Below are positions 16,136 to 25,747 of a stretch of 42,847 nt of DNA, piece by piece. The notes under the pieces are model-generated. The model saw only the letters and a program-made list of their open reading frames with translations. It made no database searches and was not told the origin of the DNA. How positions within the stretch are numbered: position 1 is the first letter of the stretch; each line of letters begins with the position of its first letter. Position numbers and translations under genes: made by a program. Source of the DNA: a virus; the IMG/VR virus record IMGVR_UViG_3300021446_000309, one strand, 5' to 3'.

Positions 16136-16570
16136 CTACTGCTCTGACAGCCGGAGCAGGAACACGACTCGCCCAGTCCGTTGCGCGACGTACGCGTCCT
16201 CGACCCGGAACGACCAGCCGCGTTCGTCGCGAATCGGGCCGAAGTTCATGCCGGCTGTGGTCGTCTCGACGCGCAGTAGTCGCGTCTCGGAGACTACTCC
16301 TCCCTCGTCGTTCTGGCTCGTCTCTCCGACCGCGCGGTAGTGCTCGACTTGGCTCACACTCTCGAAGCTCGCGGCAAACCGCTCGAATCGGGAGTTCGCC
16401 CCACGCGCCGCGAGTGTTCGCTCCAGTCGGCTATCGTCGATTGTGTGATCGACGAGCTTTGTTCGCGTCGGACAGCCGTCCTGATGTTGTTCCGGCCCCG
16501 CTTCCGTCACGGGATACTCCTCGCCACAGTCTGCACACTGGATTTGCATGGTGGTGCTATTGTCGGCCAT
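16136..16570 (-). CDS. Zn-finger protein
   Basis: CADC...H-x3-C near the N-terminus; start refined to MADNS. Confidence 0.7.
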   Translation of the reverse strand: MADNSTTMQIQCADCGEEYPVTEAGPEQHQDGCPTRTKLVDHTIDDSRLERTLAARGANSRFERFAASFESVSQVEHYRAVGETSQNDEGGVVSETRLLRVETTTAGMNFGPIRDERGWSFRVEDAYVAQRTGRVVFLLRLSEQ

Positions 16571-16611
16571 CAGTTCGATACCTCCACACTGCACTGCGTC
16601 GTACTGCGTCG

Positions 16612-16686
16612 GTTGACAGACATGGGTATGCTACCCACCCGTACATAGACTCACAAGCACCTAAAACCAACACAAACGGCAATAAA
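16612..16686 (-). promoter_or_regulatory. Repeated promoter module, copy 5 (diverged class A)
   Basis: TTTATTGCCGTTTG; TTTTAG at +20; CCC-ATG-TCTGTCAAC at +63. Confidence 0.6.
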
Positions 16687-16833
16687 CACCGGTTTAGTGG
16701 TCATACGCGGTACACCGGGTGCAGTGTGATACGGTGGGTTCTCTCCCGGTGTTCTGTGAGCACACCCAGCCGGTTCGTTGGTATAAATGAGCGGGGGCGT
16801 ATGTTTTTCCGGTATCGGGGATACAGTGCTGGT

Positions 16834-18201
16834 ATGGGACTGTTAGATACCCTGTTCGGCACGCCCGGAAACCACGACGACGACGGTTCTCCATCCGGCA
16901 GCCACGGGGAGACTTCCGGCGACGGAGACGACGAGGATACCGACGACTGGACAACTGACCACTACACGGTCCGGAAACAGCCAATCGGCGGATCGGGGTG
17001 GGCAACTGTCGAGGGGTTCGAGAAGATGGACACCCCGATAGACGCCGAGACGTTCGAGTTCAACTGTGACGCGTTGGAGGTGAATACGAAATATATGCTG
17101 TTCGCGCTCGACGGGAGCCGGCTCCGACGACCAAAGGACCCCGACACCCGCTGGAAGATGAAAAACCAGCCAGTGCCGGACTCCTCGACGTCGGGCAGCA
17201 CCGACGAGATCGACAAGCTCGAACGGAAGGTGGACAAGCTGACGGCTGCCCTCCAAGCACAGCAGGACACCGAGGAGCAAACCCCGAACGACCCGGATAA
17301 GATGCTCAAGGCTGCACAGACGAATCTCGCGGTCGCGGCACTGAACAGCGAGCAGTTCGTCGCTGAGCACGGCGATAAGATCGCCCTCGGTGCGTTCGAG
17401 ACCGCCGGAATGGGAAGTGATAGTGATGCAGCCATCGACTTCGACAGCTTCCAGAACTCGCCGCTCTCCGCAGTCGCGTTTCAGGCACTCGACAACCCGA
17501 AGAAGATGGAAGAACTCGGGGAGGCAGCCGGCGGCTCGATGGGGGCGATGCTCAGTGGCGTCTCGCGAGGGATGGCCGACGGCGACACGGGAGCCGAGAC
17601 CGACGCCACAGCACAGGACGAGACAGGAACAACAGCCGACGACGAACACACGCCGCGTGACGGCGTATCGTCTGGCCCGTCGTCACTCGGTGATCTCGGC
17701 GGCGACTCTGAGGCAACCCAAACGATGCCGACACTCGACGAGGCATCACTGGACGACGCCCAACAGCAAGCCGCGTCGGACGCTGCGGCAGCCCAAAGCG
17801 AGGCAGAGCAGGCCGCAACAACAGCCACGACGTCGAGCAGCACGCGCGGTATGTCGGCTGGACCGACTGCGGAGCCATCGACAGACGCACCGACCCACGA
17901 ACGCGACGAGCCAGCACCCGAGCCGGACCCCGACACGCACAGCGACGATGCTGCGCCGTCTGAGAGCACGTCAGAACTCGCCGATGCTCCAGCCACAGCA
18001 GCATCCGAACCGGCACAGACGGACGAGGAAACGACCACAGAGCCGAAACAGCAGTGTGCTGCAATCGCGTCCACGGGCGACCAGTGTCAGAACACGGCTG
18101 TCGATGGGTCCGACTACTGTCATCTGGACGCGCACGCACCGGGCGACGAACACGACGAGGAGGAGAACCCGTCGGCGGATGATGTCGCAGCGGCACTGTA
18201 A
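16834..18201 (+). CDS. Acidic low-complexity protein with C-terminal CCCH Zn finger (DUF5763-like)
   Basis: Start refined to MGLLDTLFG, downstream of TATAAAT at 16782; ends with QCAAIASTGDQCQNTAVDGSDYCHLDAH. Confidence 0.65.
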   Translation: MGLLDTLFGTPGNHDDDGSPSGSHGETSGDGDDEDTDDWTTDHYTVRKQPIGGSGWATVEGFEKMDTPIDAETFEFNCDALEVNTKYMLFALDGSRLRRPKDPDTRWKMKNQPVPDSSTSGSTDEIDKLERKVDKLTAALQAQQDTEEQTPNDPDKMLKAAQTNLAVAALNSEQFVAEHGDKIALGAFETAGMGSDSDAAIDFDSFQNSPLSAVAFQALDNPKKMEELGEAAGGSMGAMLSGVSRGMADGDTGAETDATAQDETGTTADDEHTPRDGVSSGPSSLGDLGGDSEATQTMPTLDEASLDDAQQQAASDAAAAQSEAEQAATTATTSSSTRGMSAGPTAEPSTDAPTHERDEPAPEPDPDTHSDDAAPSESTSELADAPATAASEPAQTDEETTTEPKQQCAAIASTGDQCQNTAVDGSDYCHLDAHAPGDEHDEEENPSADDVAAAL

Positions 18202-18243
18202 TACCGATCAGCTCCGAACCCACACCACATACTACGACAATCC

Positions 18244-18837
18244 ATGTCAGGATCACAGAACGGCAATATGATGCGGATGGTACAGCAGGTGATGAACGGC
18301 GACCAGTCGATGGTCATTACGGCGATCTCGCAGACCCTCCCCGAGCTTCGGGGGCATCTCACCGATCTCCGAGCGGAAGTCGAGTACCGTGAGGAACACG
18401 AATGGGACGTACAGGGGTCTCGGCAGGCGGCGATGGGCGGCAACGTCACCACCGAGCAGACGGTGGGTGCGTGGTCCGATCTGATGGGTGCGGCCCTCCG
18501 GCTCACGAGCCGCACGCCACTGCTCCTGTCGGCTCCCGATGCGGCTGTCGAGGAGTATCGGGAGCTGTGGATCGACGCGCTGTATGAGTTCGTGCTCACG
18601 CTTCACAACCCGGTCGTCAAGTACGGGATCATCGGCGGGTTCGAGCCGCCGATCCGTGAGGACGCAGAGCAGTATTTCGAGCGGTTCGGAACCGAGATAT
18701 GGGGCACGCTCCTCGCGGTCACGCAGGCCGGCGAGATCGACGTGACCGACTTCCCGCCGGAGACTCGCAGTGTCATCGAGCAGGTTGCGGCTGAGTCGGA
18801 CGCTGACACGGCTGGACAGGGCGGTGAGAGCGCATGA
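18244..18837 (+). CDS. Hypothetical helical protein (morphogenesis operon)
   Basis: 197 aa; ATGA overlap with the next gene. Confidence 0.75.
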   Translation: MSGSQNGNMMRMVQQVMNGDQSMVITAISQTLPELRGHLTDLRAEVEYREEHEWDVQGSRQAAMGGNVTTEQTVGAWSDLMGAALRLTSRTPLLLSAPDAAVEEYRELWIDALYEFVLTLHNPVVKYGIIGGFEPPIREDAEQYFERFGTEIWGTLLAVTQAGEIDVTDFPPETRSVIEQVAAESDADTAGQGGESA

Positions 18838-19631
18838 GCGGCGCAGACCGCACCGAGCAGATCGAGAACATGATGCGCGTGTTCAACGAGGACTTAGACG
18901 ATCCCGACGTCACGCCGGAGAAGTTCGACCGCATCCTCGATATGCGCCCGGACGCAGAGATGCCGATGGTGGCCGACATCCTCGACTCGGCGGCGGAACA
19001 GGGGAAGGTCCCGAACGTCGATTACACCGAGCGACTGGCCGACCAGATGATGACAGACGGCGATCTCGGTGGTGTCTCGAAGCGGTCTGTCATCGAGGGA
19101 CTGTCTGCCGAGCAGCAAGCCGACAATAACAACTTCCGGTCACAGGCGATGCAGGCGGTCCGGTCGGACGATATTCGCGAGATCGTCGATCTATACAACA
19201 AACTCGCAAAGCTGGCCGACGACTCGCTCAAATCCCCGTCGCGAACGTCGATCCCTGAGAACGTGAAAGAGCCGATGATGCTGTTGAGCACGACGATGCG
19301 AGATCGCGTGTTCGACATTGCCGCCGAAGACGGCAAGACGGGTATCCAGCAGTATCAGGACGCTGTACAAGGGATACAGGAAGACGAGTTCCGGACTCGA
19401 ATCGTCGGACAGGCACAGACGGCAAAGCGGATGGTGGACTCGAACGGTACAGAGTTCGAGTCGGCAAAGTCGGCACTACTCGACGAGGAGCAGACCCTCG
19501 GAGAGCATCAGCAGACGCTTCGAGCGATCCGACAGGGCGAGTTCGACATCTCCCTCGACCAGTTCCGCGAGCTGCTCGACAGCGCCGAGCAGTGGCAACA
19601 GGAGTTCCTGAACCCCGAACAGGCGGTGTAG
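18834..19631 (+). CDS. Hypothetical helical/coiled-coil protein
   Basis: 265 aa, acidic. Confidence 0.75.
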   Translation: MSGADRTEQIENMMRVFNEDLDDPDVTPEKFDRILDMRPDAEMPMVADILDSAAEQGKVPNVDYTERLADQMMTDGDLGGVSKRSVIEGLSAEQQADNNNFRSQAMQAVRSDDIREIVDLYNKLAKLADDSLKSPSRTSIPENVKEPMMLLSTTMRDRVFDIAAEDGKTGIQQYQDAVQGIQEDEFRTRIVGQAQTAKRMVDSNGTEFESAKSALLDEEQTLGEHQQTLRAIRQGEFDISLDQFRELLDSAEQWQQEFLNPEQAV

Positions 19632-19701
19632 TCGCCGCCACACCGTTCTGCGACGGGCTGGCGGGCGGAAGCTTTTCTCTCGCGGCGCGTAACCCGGTCG
19701 T

Positions 19702-21930
19702 ATGGAACTCGGTGCGAAGGCAACAGCGATACGACAGCTCACACAGGCGGTCACAGCCGGGCGCATCACAGCGACCGAGACGCCGGCTCGGATCGAGCGC
19801 GCCCTCTCCGACGCTCGCGATGCAACCCGACTCACGGAGGGAGCCGCCGACGATATTCGGGCGCAGATACCCTCTGACCCGCCATACGAGCGTACTGCGG
19901 TGCGGGACCTGTACGACGTGATCGACAAGAAACTCGGGACGGTCCCGATCAACCGTACCGACGTCCCCGATCCGTCTGCAACTGCTGTCGCGACCGCCGA
20001 GGCAATCGGCTCGCTCGATGTGTTCCGCGATGCAGACGCCGCGTATGAGTTCTTCGAGGAGTGGCTCGACCGGAACCGCCCGTTCTTCAACGAGACCGTC
20101 CCACGCCGGGCGTTCTCGGGTGCGGGCGGTGTCTCCGAACAGTCGGCTGCGGCACTCATCGAGTTCGCGGACGAACTGTTTCCGCTCACGCTGTCGCAGC
20201 AGCTTTCCGAAGACGTCCTCGGTGATGCTGGCGGTGACGGACAGGCGACACTCGGCAGCGGTCGCTCGCAGTCATCGACAGCCACCGACGCCCCGACGAC
20301 TGAGCCAGCCGAGACGACGAGCGAGAGCCGACAGTTCCAGCTCGGAGACGCGTCGACGCTCTCGGGCGCACCCGACCAGATCGGGGAGTTCAGCCTTCTC
20401 GGTCTCATCTCGCCGCAGGCAGAGAGCGATCTCGAACGCGTCGTCTACACCGGCCCACGCATGAGCCGACTCGCCCCCGACGGCGACAGCGACGAGTCGC
20501 TCGCGGTCTACGCACAGGAGATGGAACAGACCGGCTGGAACATCACTGTCGGAACGATCAACGCCGACGACTCACTCGGTCGACTGCTGTTCGTCGAGGA
20601 GTTCAACATTCCATCACGCGACGCCGCGATCAACGGGCTGGTGACGTACATCCGCGAGGACGCACTCGATACAGTGCTCAGTCGTCGTGGGCTGTCGTCG
20701 CTCCCCGATGCCGGCGGCCCGTCCCCCGTCGAGTTTCAGGAACCGATGAACGAAGCTACCCGCGACCGCTTCGCGTTCCTCGATGAGATGAACGAATCTA
20801 TGACGATTCCAATCGACCCCACCACCACCGGCCTCCCGACGAGTATCGGCAACTTCCGACTTGTGCAGGACGACGACGACCGAATCGGGTATCAGGGACC
20901 GCTCACGTCGGACGGGCTTCAGTTCGTCGCTGATCCCGAGTCGGTGTCTCGTCGAGACGCAAACGAGCGGCTCTACGTCGAGGCAGCGACGTTCAGTGGT
21001 CGCGGGAACGCCGCCGACCCGACGGTCAACCGCCGGACGGAGTTCACCGAGGGCTACACCGTGTTCTTCCATCAGGCGACGTCCCCCGACGCACAGGTCA
21101 CGCCCGGTACACCCGTCTCCGATGGTGGTCTCTCGCGACAGGAGGCCATCGCCCGACTCACCAACTTCCTCGCGCAACGTGGGTCGCTCCTCACCGACGG
21201 GCAATCCGCCGACCAGATGGAGGCGATCCTGCTGTCGGGTGATGCACAGTCGTTCGGTGATCTCGAAGCACAGGTCGTATCCGACGGCACGACCGAGGAG
21301 ACAGCCGAGCAGATGACTCTCACCGACGACACGGACACGAGCGGCGAACCACGACGAGCTGATACGGAGTCGTTCGGTGATCTCCGCGCCGAGCGTGCGA
21401 GCACCGAGGAAACCACCGACCAGATGGGACTCGATGGCCCTGCCCGCGAGGAGACTGTTCGAGCGACCGAGGCGGCAGAATCTCGCCAGAACACGACCGA
21501 GGATGACACTGACGAGGGACAGTCTACGCTCATGGACAACGCGAAAGCTGATATTGAGGTTCGCGTCCGTGCCGACGGCAGCCGTGAAGTCTGTCTCGTG
21601 AACGCCTCTGAACCGCTTCCCGACAGCGCAATCGCCGAGGCGTCGATGCAGGTCACGCGCGTTCTCGGTGGCGGGATCAACGCCTACGACGAGACCATTC
21701 GGATCGGGACCGCACGGTTCAACGACGCGAAAGCGTTCGTGAACGTGGACTTCAATCCCGATCTCGTCCCGCTCACGTACGAGGGAAGCGACGGCGACGA
21801 CAGTATCATCGGTAGTCCCGAGGAACGCGAGGAGGCGCGTCGGCGGTACAAAGCCGCTCGCGATGACGCCCACGACAGCATCGAGGAGTTAGGGCTGACA
21901 GACAACGCGCTGAACAGCCGAGACCGATGA
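19702..21930 (+). CDS. Large acidic protein, probable virion/core component
   Basis: 742 aa; internal repeat SFGDL...TEET.(E/D)QM.L; several QxxL motifs; GGAAG-CTTTTC promoter 30 nt upstream. Confidence 0.7.
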   Translation: MELGAKATAIRQLTQAVTAGRITATETPARIERALSDARDATRLTEGAADDIRAQIPSDPPYERTAVRDLYDVIDKKLGTVPINRTDVPDPSATAVATAEAIGSLDVFRDADAAYEFFEEWLDRNRPFFNETVPRRAFSGAGGVSEQSAAALIEFADELFPLTLSQQLSEDVLGDAGGDGQATLGSGRSQSSTATDAPTTEPAETTSESRQFQLGDASTLSGAPDQIGEFSLLGLISPQAESDLERVVYTGPRMSRLAPDGDSDESLAVYAQEMEQTGWNITVGTINADDSLGRLLFVEEFNIPSRDAAINGLVTYIREDALDTVLSRRGLSSLPDAGGPSPVEFQEPMNEATRDRFAFLDEMNESMTIPIDPTTTGLPTSIGNFRLVQDDDDRIGYQGPLTSDGLQFVADPESVSRRDANERLYVEAATFSGRGNAADPTVNRRTEFTEGYTVFFHQATSPDAQVTPGTPVSDGGLSRQEAIARLTNFLAQRGSLLTDGQSADQMEAILLSGDAQSFGDLEAQVVSDGTTEETAEQMTLTDDTDTSGEPRRADTESFGDLRAERASTEETTDQMGLDGPAREETVRATEAAESRQNTTEDDTDEGQSTLMDNAKADIEVRVRADGSREVCLVNASEPLPDSAIAEASMQVTRVLGGGINAYDETIRIGTARFNDAKAFVNVDFNPDLVPLTYEGSDGDDSIIGSPEEREEARRRYKAARDDAHDSIEELGLTDNALNSRDR

Positions 21931-23342
21931 GCCGGTTCGGTGGCCTCCCCGAGGACATGACCACGCTGAGTGGCCTGTCTGTTGCCGTACAGAATCTTTC
22001 AGAGGCACTGCAACGCCCCGTGGAGTCAGCGAGCATCTTCTACTCGCTGTTGTATCTCAACAACATCGCCGAGATGCCGGGCGCGTCCTTCGACTTCAGC
22101 GTACAGACGGACCGCCTCTACGACGCGTTTGAGCTATTCTCCTTCGCGACGATCATCCGCGAAGCCTCCGTACTCGAACAGGGCTTCTACCTCGATGGCT
22201 TCCGGGGACAGGGATTCTACTCACAGAACAGCGAGTATGAGCTATCACGACTCGTCCGACACTTCCGCGAGACAGTCCCCGAACACCGTGGACGGGTGGG
22301 GAAGTTCATCCGCGCCGCACGGAGACTTCGGGCTTCCTCTGGCGAGAAGCCGGGGGACATTAACGAGATGCTTCGATACGCCGAACGCGAGTTTTCCGCC
22401 GTCTCTGAGCCGGACCAAACCGTGCGGATGATCCAGCGAATGTTCGATGCTCACCCGACCATCACGACCGAGGACCTTGACGAGAATCCGGCAACGATGG
22501 ATACTGGACCAATTCCACAGGGACCGACCGGATGGATTGCTGGCTACGACGGCCCGGCGTGGGTCGGTATCTGTGACCACTTCCTCCGTCGCGAGGAGTT
22601 CTCCAAGCCGGTGTGGGTTGACCAGTCGTGGTCCATCGAGCACAACAATAGCGTCTGGCTCGATAAGATCGACGCGACACCTGACCAGCAAGACACCGCC
22701 GATGAACACCTCACAAACGCACTCTACATCGGCGACACAGGCCCACAAGTCGAACCACCGGCGACGGTGGCGACGAAGCGGCTCCTCGACGCGAACCAGA
22801 ACGGAAACCTCCGAACGGTGATGACTGTCGCACAGACCTACGACGATGCCATCTCACTCGATCTCTCGCGCGTCCTCCGTCGCCGGGAGATTCCGGGCAC
22901 AATCCCGAACTACCGGACACAGACCTACCCCGCGACCCTCGAACTGACCAGTCAGGCACAGGCGTTCGCGGCGTACGCCACCGTCTCATGGGGGCGGTCG
23001 GAACTCGACACCCGACGGGATGCGCTGTTCTGGCTGTACGGCGATACCGAGGAGGCACGAGAGACAACTATCGTCACCGAACGAACGACGCTCGGACAGA
23101 TCAAGTCGAAGCTCCCACGAGCGATCATACGCGACAGCGAGACGGTCCCCCCGCCGGTCGGACTCTCGCTCACCGAGAAACAGCTCACAACGCTGTACGA
23201 ACTCGCACAGAAGATGCGCGCTGAACTCACCGTCATGGGACCGGGCGTAAACGATCTCCTCCGAGAGATCGACGAGGACGCACTCGCGACGGTGCTGGAA
23301 CGGTCGGGGCAACTCTTAGGACGAGTCCCGACAAACCCATAG
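21927..23342 (+). CDS. Hypothetical protein with GYxGxAWxxI...D...HNN...DK motif
   Basis: 471 aa; motif seen directly; function unknown. Confidence 0.65.
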   Translation: MSRFGGLPEDMTTLSGLSVAVQNLSEALQRPVESASIFYSLLYLNNIAEMPGASFDFSVQTDRLYDAFELFSFATIIREASVLEQGFYLDGFRGQGFYSQNSEYELSRLVRHFRETVPEHRGRVGKFIRAARRLRASSGEKPGDINEMLRYAEREFSAVSEPDQTVRMIQRMFDAHPTITTEDLDENPATMDTGPIPQGPTGWIAGYDGPAWVGICDHFLRREEFSKPVWVDQSWSIEHNNSVWLDKIDATPDQQDTADEHLTNALYIGDTGPQVEPPATVATKRLLDANQNGNLRTVMTVAQTYDDAISLDLSRVLRRREIPGTIPNYRTQTYPATLELTSQAQAFAAYATVSWGRSELDTRRDALFWLYGDTEEARETTIVTERTTLGQIKSKLPRAIIRDSETVPPPVGLSLTEKQLTTLYELAQKMRAELTVMGPGVNDLLREIDEDALATVLERSGQLLGRVPTNP

Positions 23343-23347
23343 TCGAG

Positions 23348-23554
23348 ATGACGCAGTACAATCCAGACGACGAACACGCGTTCCTCCGGGGCGTCTGCCG
23401 GCGTGTCGGAATCGACCCCGATACCGACACCGCTCCCGATTTGGAGGCGCTGGCACACGACGACTCGAAGACCCTTCGCGAGAAGATGGAGGCAATCGGC
23501 GGACACGCCGCCGAGCAGCTCGCCACCCGTCGCAAAGCCACTGAAACACGATGA
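23348..23554 (+). CDS. Small hypothetical protein
   Basis: 68 aa; ATGA overlap with the next gene. Confidence 0.65.
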   Translation: MTQYNPDDEHAFLRGVCRRVGIDPDTDTAPDLEALAHDDSKTLREKMEAIGGHAAEQLATRRKATETR

Positions 23555-24471
23555 GTGGCGCACAGAACGAGGACATTGGGGCGATTGCCGAGCAAATCAT
23601 CAACTGGGTTTCTGGCGTCCGGTGGGGCGACCAGCAGGACGAGAAGGCAGAGCGACTAATCGAGTCGCTGAACGCCGGACCTGATGCGTACATCGACCCG
23701 GCGCTGTCGGCCTCCACGAACTACGAGATGCTGAAAGAGGAGTTCGGACTCCAGACGGCGCGCGACCGCGAGAAGATCGCCCGTGATACTCGCGAGCAGG
23801 ACCGCCGACGAGCGTTCGATGAGATTCGTGACCAACTGGAGACCTTCGGCGTCGAGAGCGTCATCACCGCCGTCGCAGAGGACGACCCGGAAGCCGTCCC
23901 CACCGAACTCGAACAGCGCGTGGACGACGTACTCGAAGTCCTTCCGCCGGACGCATACGACGGCGTGATACAGGACCACCTCTCCGACGTCCTCGCTACC
24001 ATCGCCCCCGATCTCGTCGTCCTCGACCGCGCGAACCTCGACAGAGAACGGGAGGCTGGCCGACTGGCTGGCCGTCGTGAGTCCCGCGAGATACTCGAAG
24101 ATGCGTTCGGTGAGGAGTTCGGGTCGATGGAGGCTGCGGCTGACTTCTTCGACTCTCGCGTTCGCGAGGTTATCGAGAACGAAACCGAGCTTCGCGAGGC
24201 GGCAGAACGTGCGGCCCGACAGGACATTCTCGATGGGTTAGGCGAGACGTTCAACGGCTCGTTCGATACCGTGGCCGACGCACGACAGAACATCCGGCAG
24301 CGAGCACAACGCGAGGGCGAACAGGCGGTGTTGAACGAACTCGCGACGATTCTCAACCGCGAGATACTCACCGTGGACGACGCCCTCGATGCACTGCGGG
24401 ACGAGTTGGGGATCGTCCCGGACGAACCGAACGACCGCGCCGAGCGAGCAATCGACCTACTGCAACAGTAA
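23551..24471 (+). CDS. Coiled-coil-rich acidic protein
   Basis: 306 aa; R/E/A-rich helices. Confidence 0.75.
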   Translation: MSGAQNEDIGAIAEQIINWVSGVRWGDQQDEKAERLIESLNAGPDAYIDPALSASTNYEMLKEEFGLQTARDREKIARDTREQDRRRAFDEIRDQLETFGVESVITAVAEDDPEAVPTELEQRVDDVLEVLPPDAYDGVIQDHLSDVLATIAPDLVVLDRANLDREREAGRLAGRRESREILEDAFGEEFGSMEAAADFFDSRVREVIENETELREAAERAARQDILDGLGETFNGSFDTVADARQNIRQRAQREGEQAVLNELATILNREILTVDDALDALRDELGIVPDEPNDRAERAIDLLQQ

Positions 24472-24474
24472 CAC

Positions 24475-25215
24475 ATGAGCTTACAAGACCTTGCAGACGA
24501 GTTCTCCGCCGACGAGATCGAAGCCCTCGCCGCCGATATTCGATCCGACGAGGTTGACGACGACCGCGCCGAACAACTCGAATCGTTGATCGACGAGGCG
24601 ACAGCCGACGAGGAAGCAACAGCCCTCGAATCCAACACGGGGCTGCTCGACCTGTACGCGACACTCGATCTCCTGCCACCGGAGTCGTTCGGCACGACGC
24701 CCCCCATCGAGGAGGAACCCGATGACGACTTCGTGGTTGATGTGAGCGACGCTGACGTCGAGTTCGAGATCGAAGACCCGGAGCCGGAACTCGACGACGA
24801 TCAGGTGAACTCCGCGCTGGATGCGCGACGGGCGGCCACCGACGACGACGAGGCAGCACCGACCGATGCGTCGGACCTGTTCGGTGGGCGCGGCATCGAG
24901 CGACTTGACGAGAGTGAGGCCCTCCGACAGATCGACCAACGACTGCCCGACACGCGGTTTTCGGTGACGGATCGACCGACTGCGGCGGCGACTGACCGGG
25001 CGCTACTCAACCAGCGATTCCCGACGCCGAACAAGAAGTCAGAGTACGAGCGCGTCGAGGGGACGCGACTCGACCGACCGAACCCGCCGGACCCGATCTC
25101 GTGGTGGGAACTGGTCGCGGAGAACGCACCGGGGCTGACGACCGAGGAGTATCTCGCGGCCCAACAGGGGCGGTTCATCGGCGGTCGTGATGACAACGCT
25201 GGACTACTCCCGTAG
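24475..25215 (+). CDS. Highly acidic hypothetical protein
   Basis: 246 aa; D/E-rich N-terminal half. Confidence 0.75.
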   Translation: MSLQDLADEFSADEIEALAADIRSDEVDDDRAEQLESLIDEATADEEATALESNTGLLDLYATLDLLPPESFGTTPPIEEEPDDDFVVDVSDADVEFEIEDPEPELDDDQVNSALDARRAATDDDEAAPTDASDLFGGRGIERLDESEALRQIDQRLPDTRFSVTDRPTAAATDRALLNQRFPTPNKKSEYERVEGTRLDRPNPPDPISWWELVAENAPGLTTEEYLAAQQGRFIGGRDDNAGLLP

Positions 25216-25229
25216 GAGACAGCCGCTAC

Positions 25230-25266
25230 CGGCAGATTGCGCGGGGTACTACGCCGAACGCTTTTG
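25230..25266 (+). promoter_or_regulatory. Structural-operon promoter: CGGCAG element plus BRE/TATA
   Basis: GGCAGATT at 25231 and CTTTTG at 25261. The same 30-nt spacing recurs at 27795/27825, 30099/30129 and 32862/32892. Confidence 0.6.
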
Positions 25267-25295
25267 GTAGTTTGGTGGCAACCACAAGATGCATC

Positions 25296-25736
25296 ATGGC
25301 AGACAGAATGAGCATGCAGGTCGCTCCGGGGGCGAAGAACCTCGATCCGAGCGAGCTGCTTGGCGATGTAGACGCCCGCGACATCCAAGTCGGTGTCGAG
25401 CACGGGCCGTCCGGAACGCAGTACAACCGGATGGCGGCTCCGTGGGCGGGTGCGGCATACGTCGTCAACGGCGACGGTAGTATCACCAAGATCGCAGGGC
25501 GCGACGGCGCGCTGACGGGTGAGGAACTGGAGAACCAGTATCCGAACCTTCGCGACGTGTGGGTGCAGTTCGCACGCGCACAGCAGAACCGAGACGCCAG
25601 CCCCGGTTCCTTCGAGGCACTCCTCACCGATCTTCAGAGTGTCGCGTCGAACCTCTCGGACGTCGGCCAGATGGCCGAGTCCGAAGGGCAGAGTCTCGCT
25701 GCGCGAAAGATGGCGGCCCGACAGGGGAGTCTCTGA
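25296..25736 (+). CDS. Hypothetical protein, probable virion protein
   Basis: First gene after the capsid-operon promoter; start refined to MADRMS. Confidence 0.7.
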   Translation: MADRMSMQVAPGAKNLDPSELLGDVDARDIQVGVEHGPSGTQYNRMAAPWAGAAYVVNGDGSITKIAGRDGALTGEELENQYPNLRDVWVQFARAQQNRDASPGSFEALLTDLQSVASNLSDVGQMAESEGQSLAARKMAARQGSL

Positions 25737-25747
25737 GGTAGCCTCTC

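Noticed and set aside
11873-16686. Repeats as a CRISPR or mini-CRISPR array
   Set aside because: The spacing is hundreds to thousands of nt with genes in between, in mixed orientation.
20614-21873. Long antisense ORFs (e.g. 20614-21873, 25822-26859, 23721-24707)
   Set aside because: These are shadow frames of high-GC genes with non-halophilic composition, fully overlapping better ORFs.
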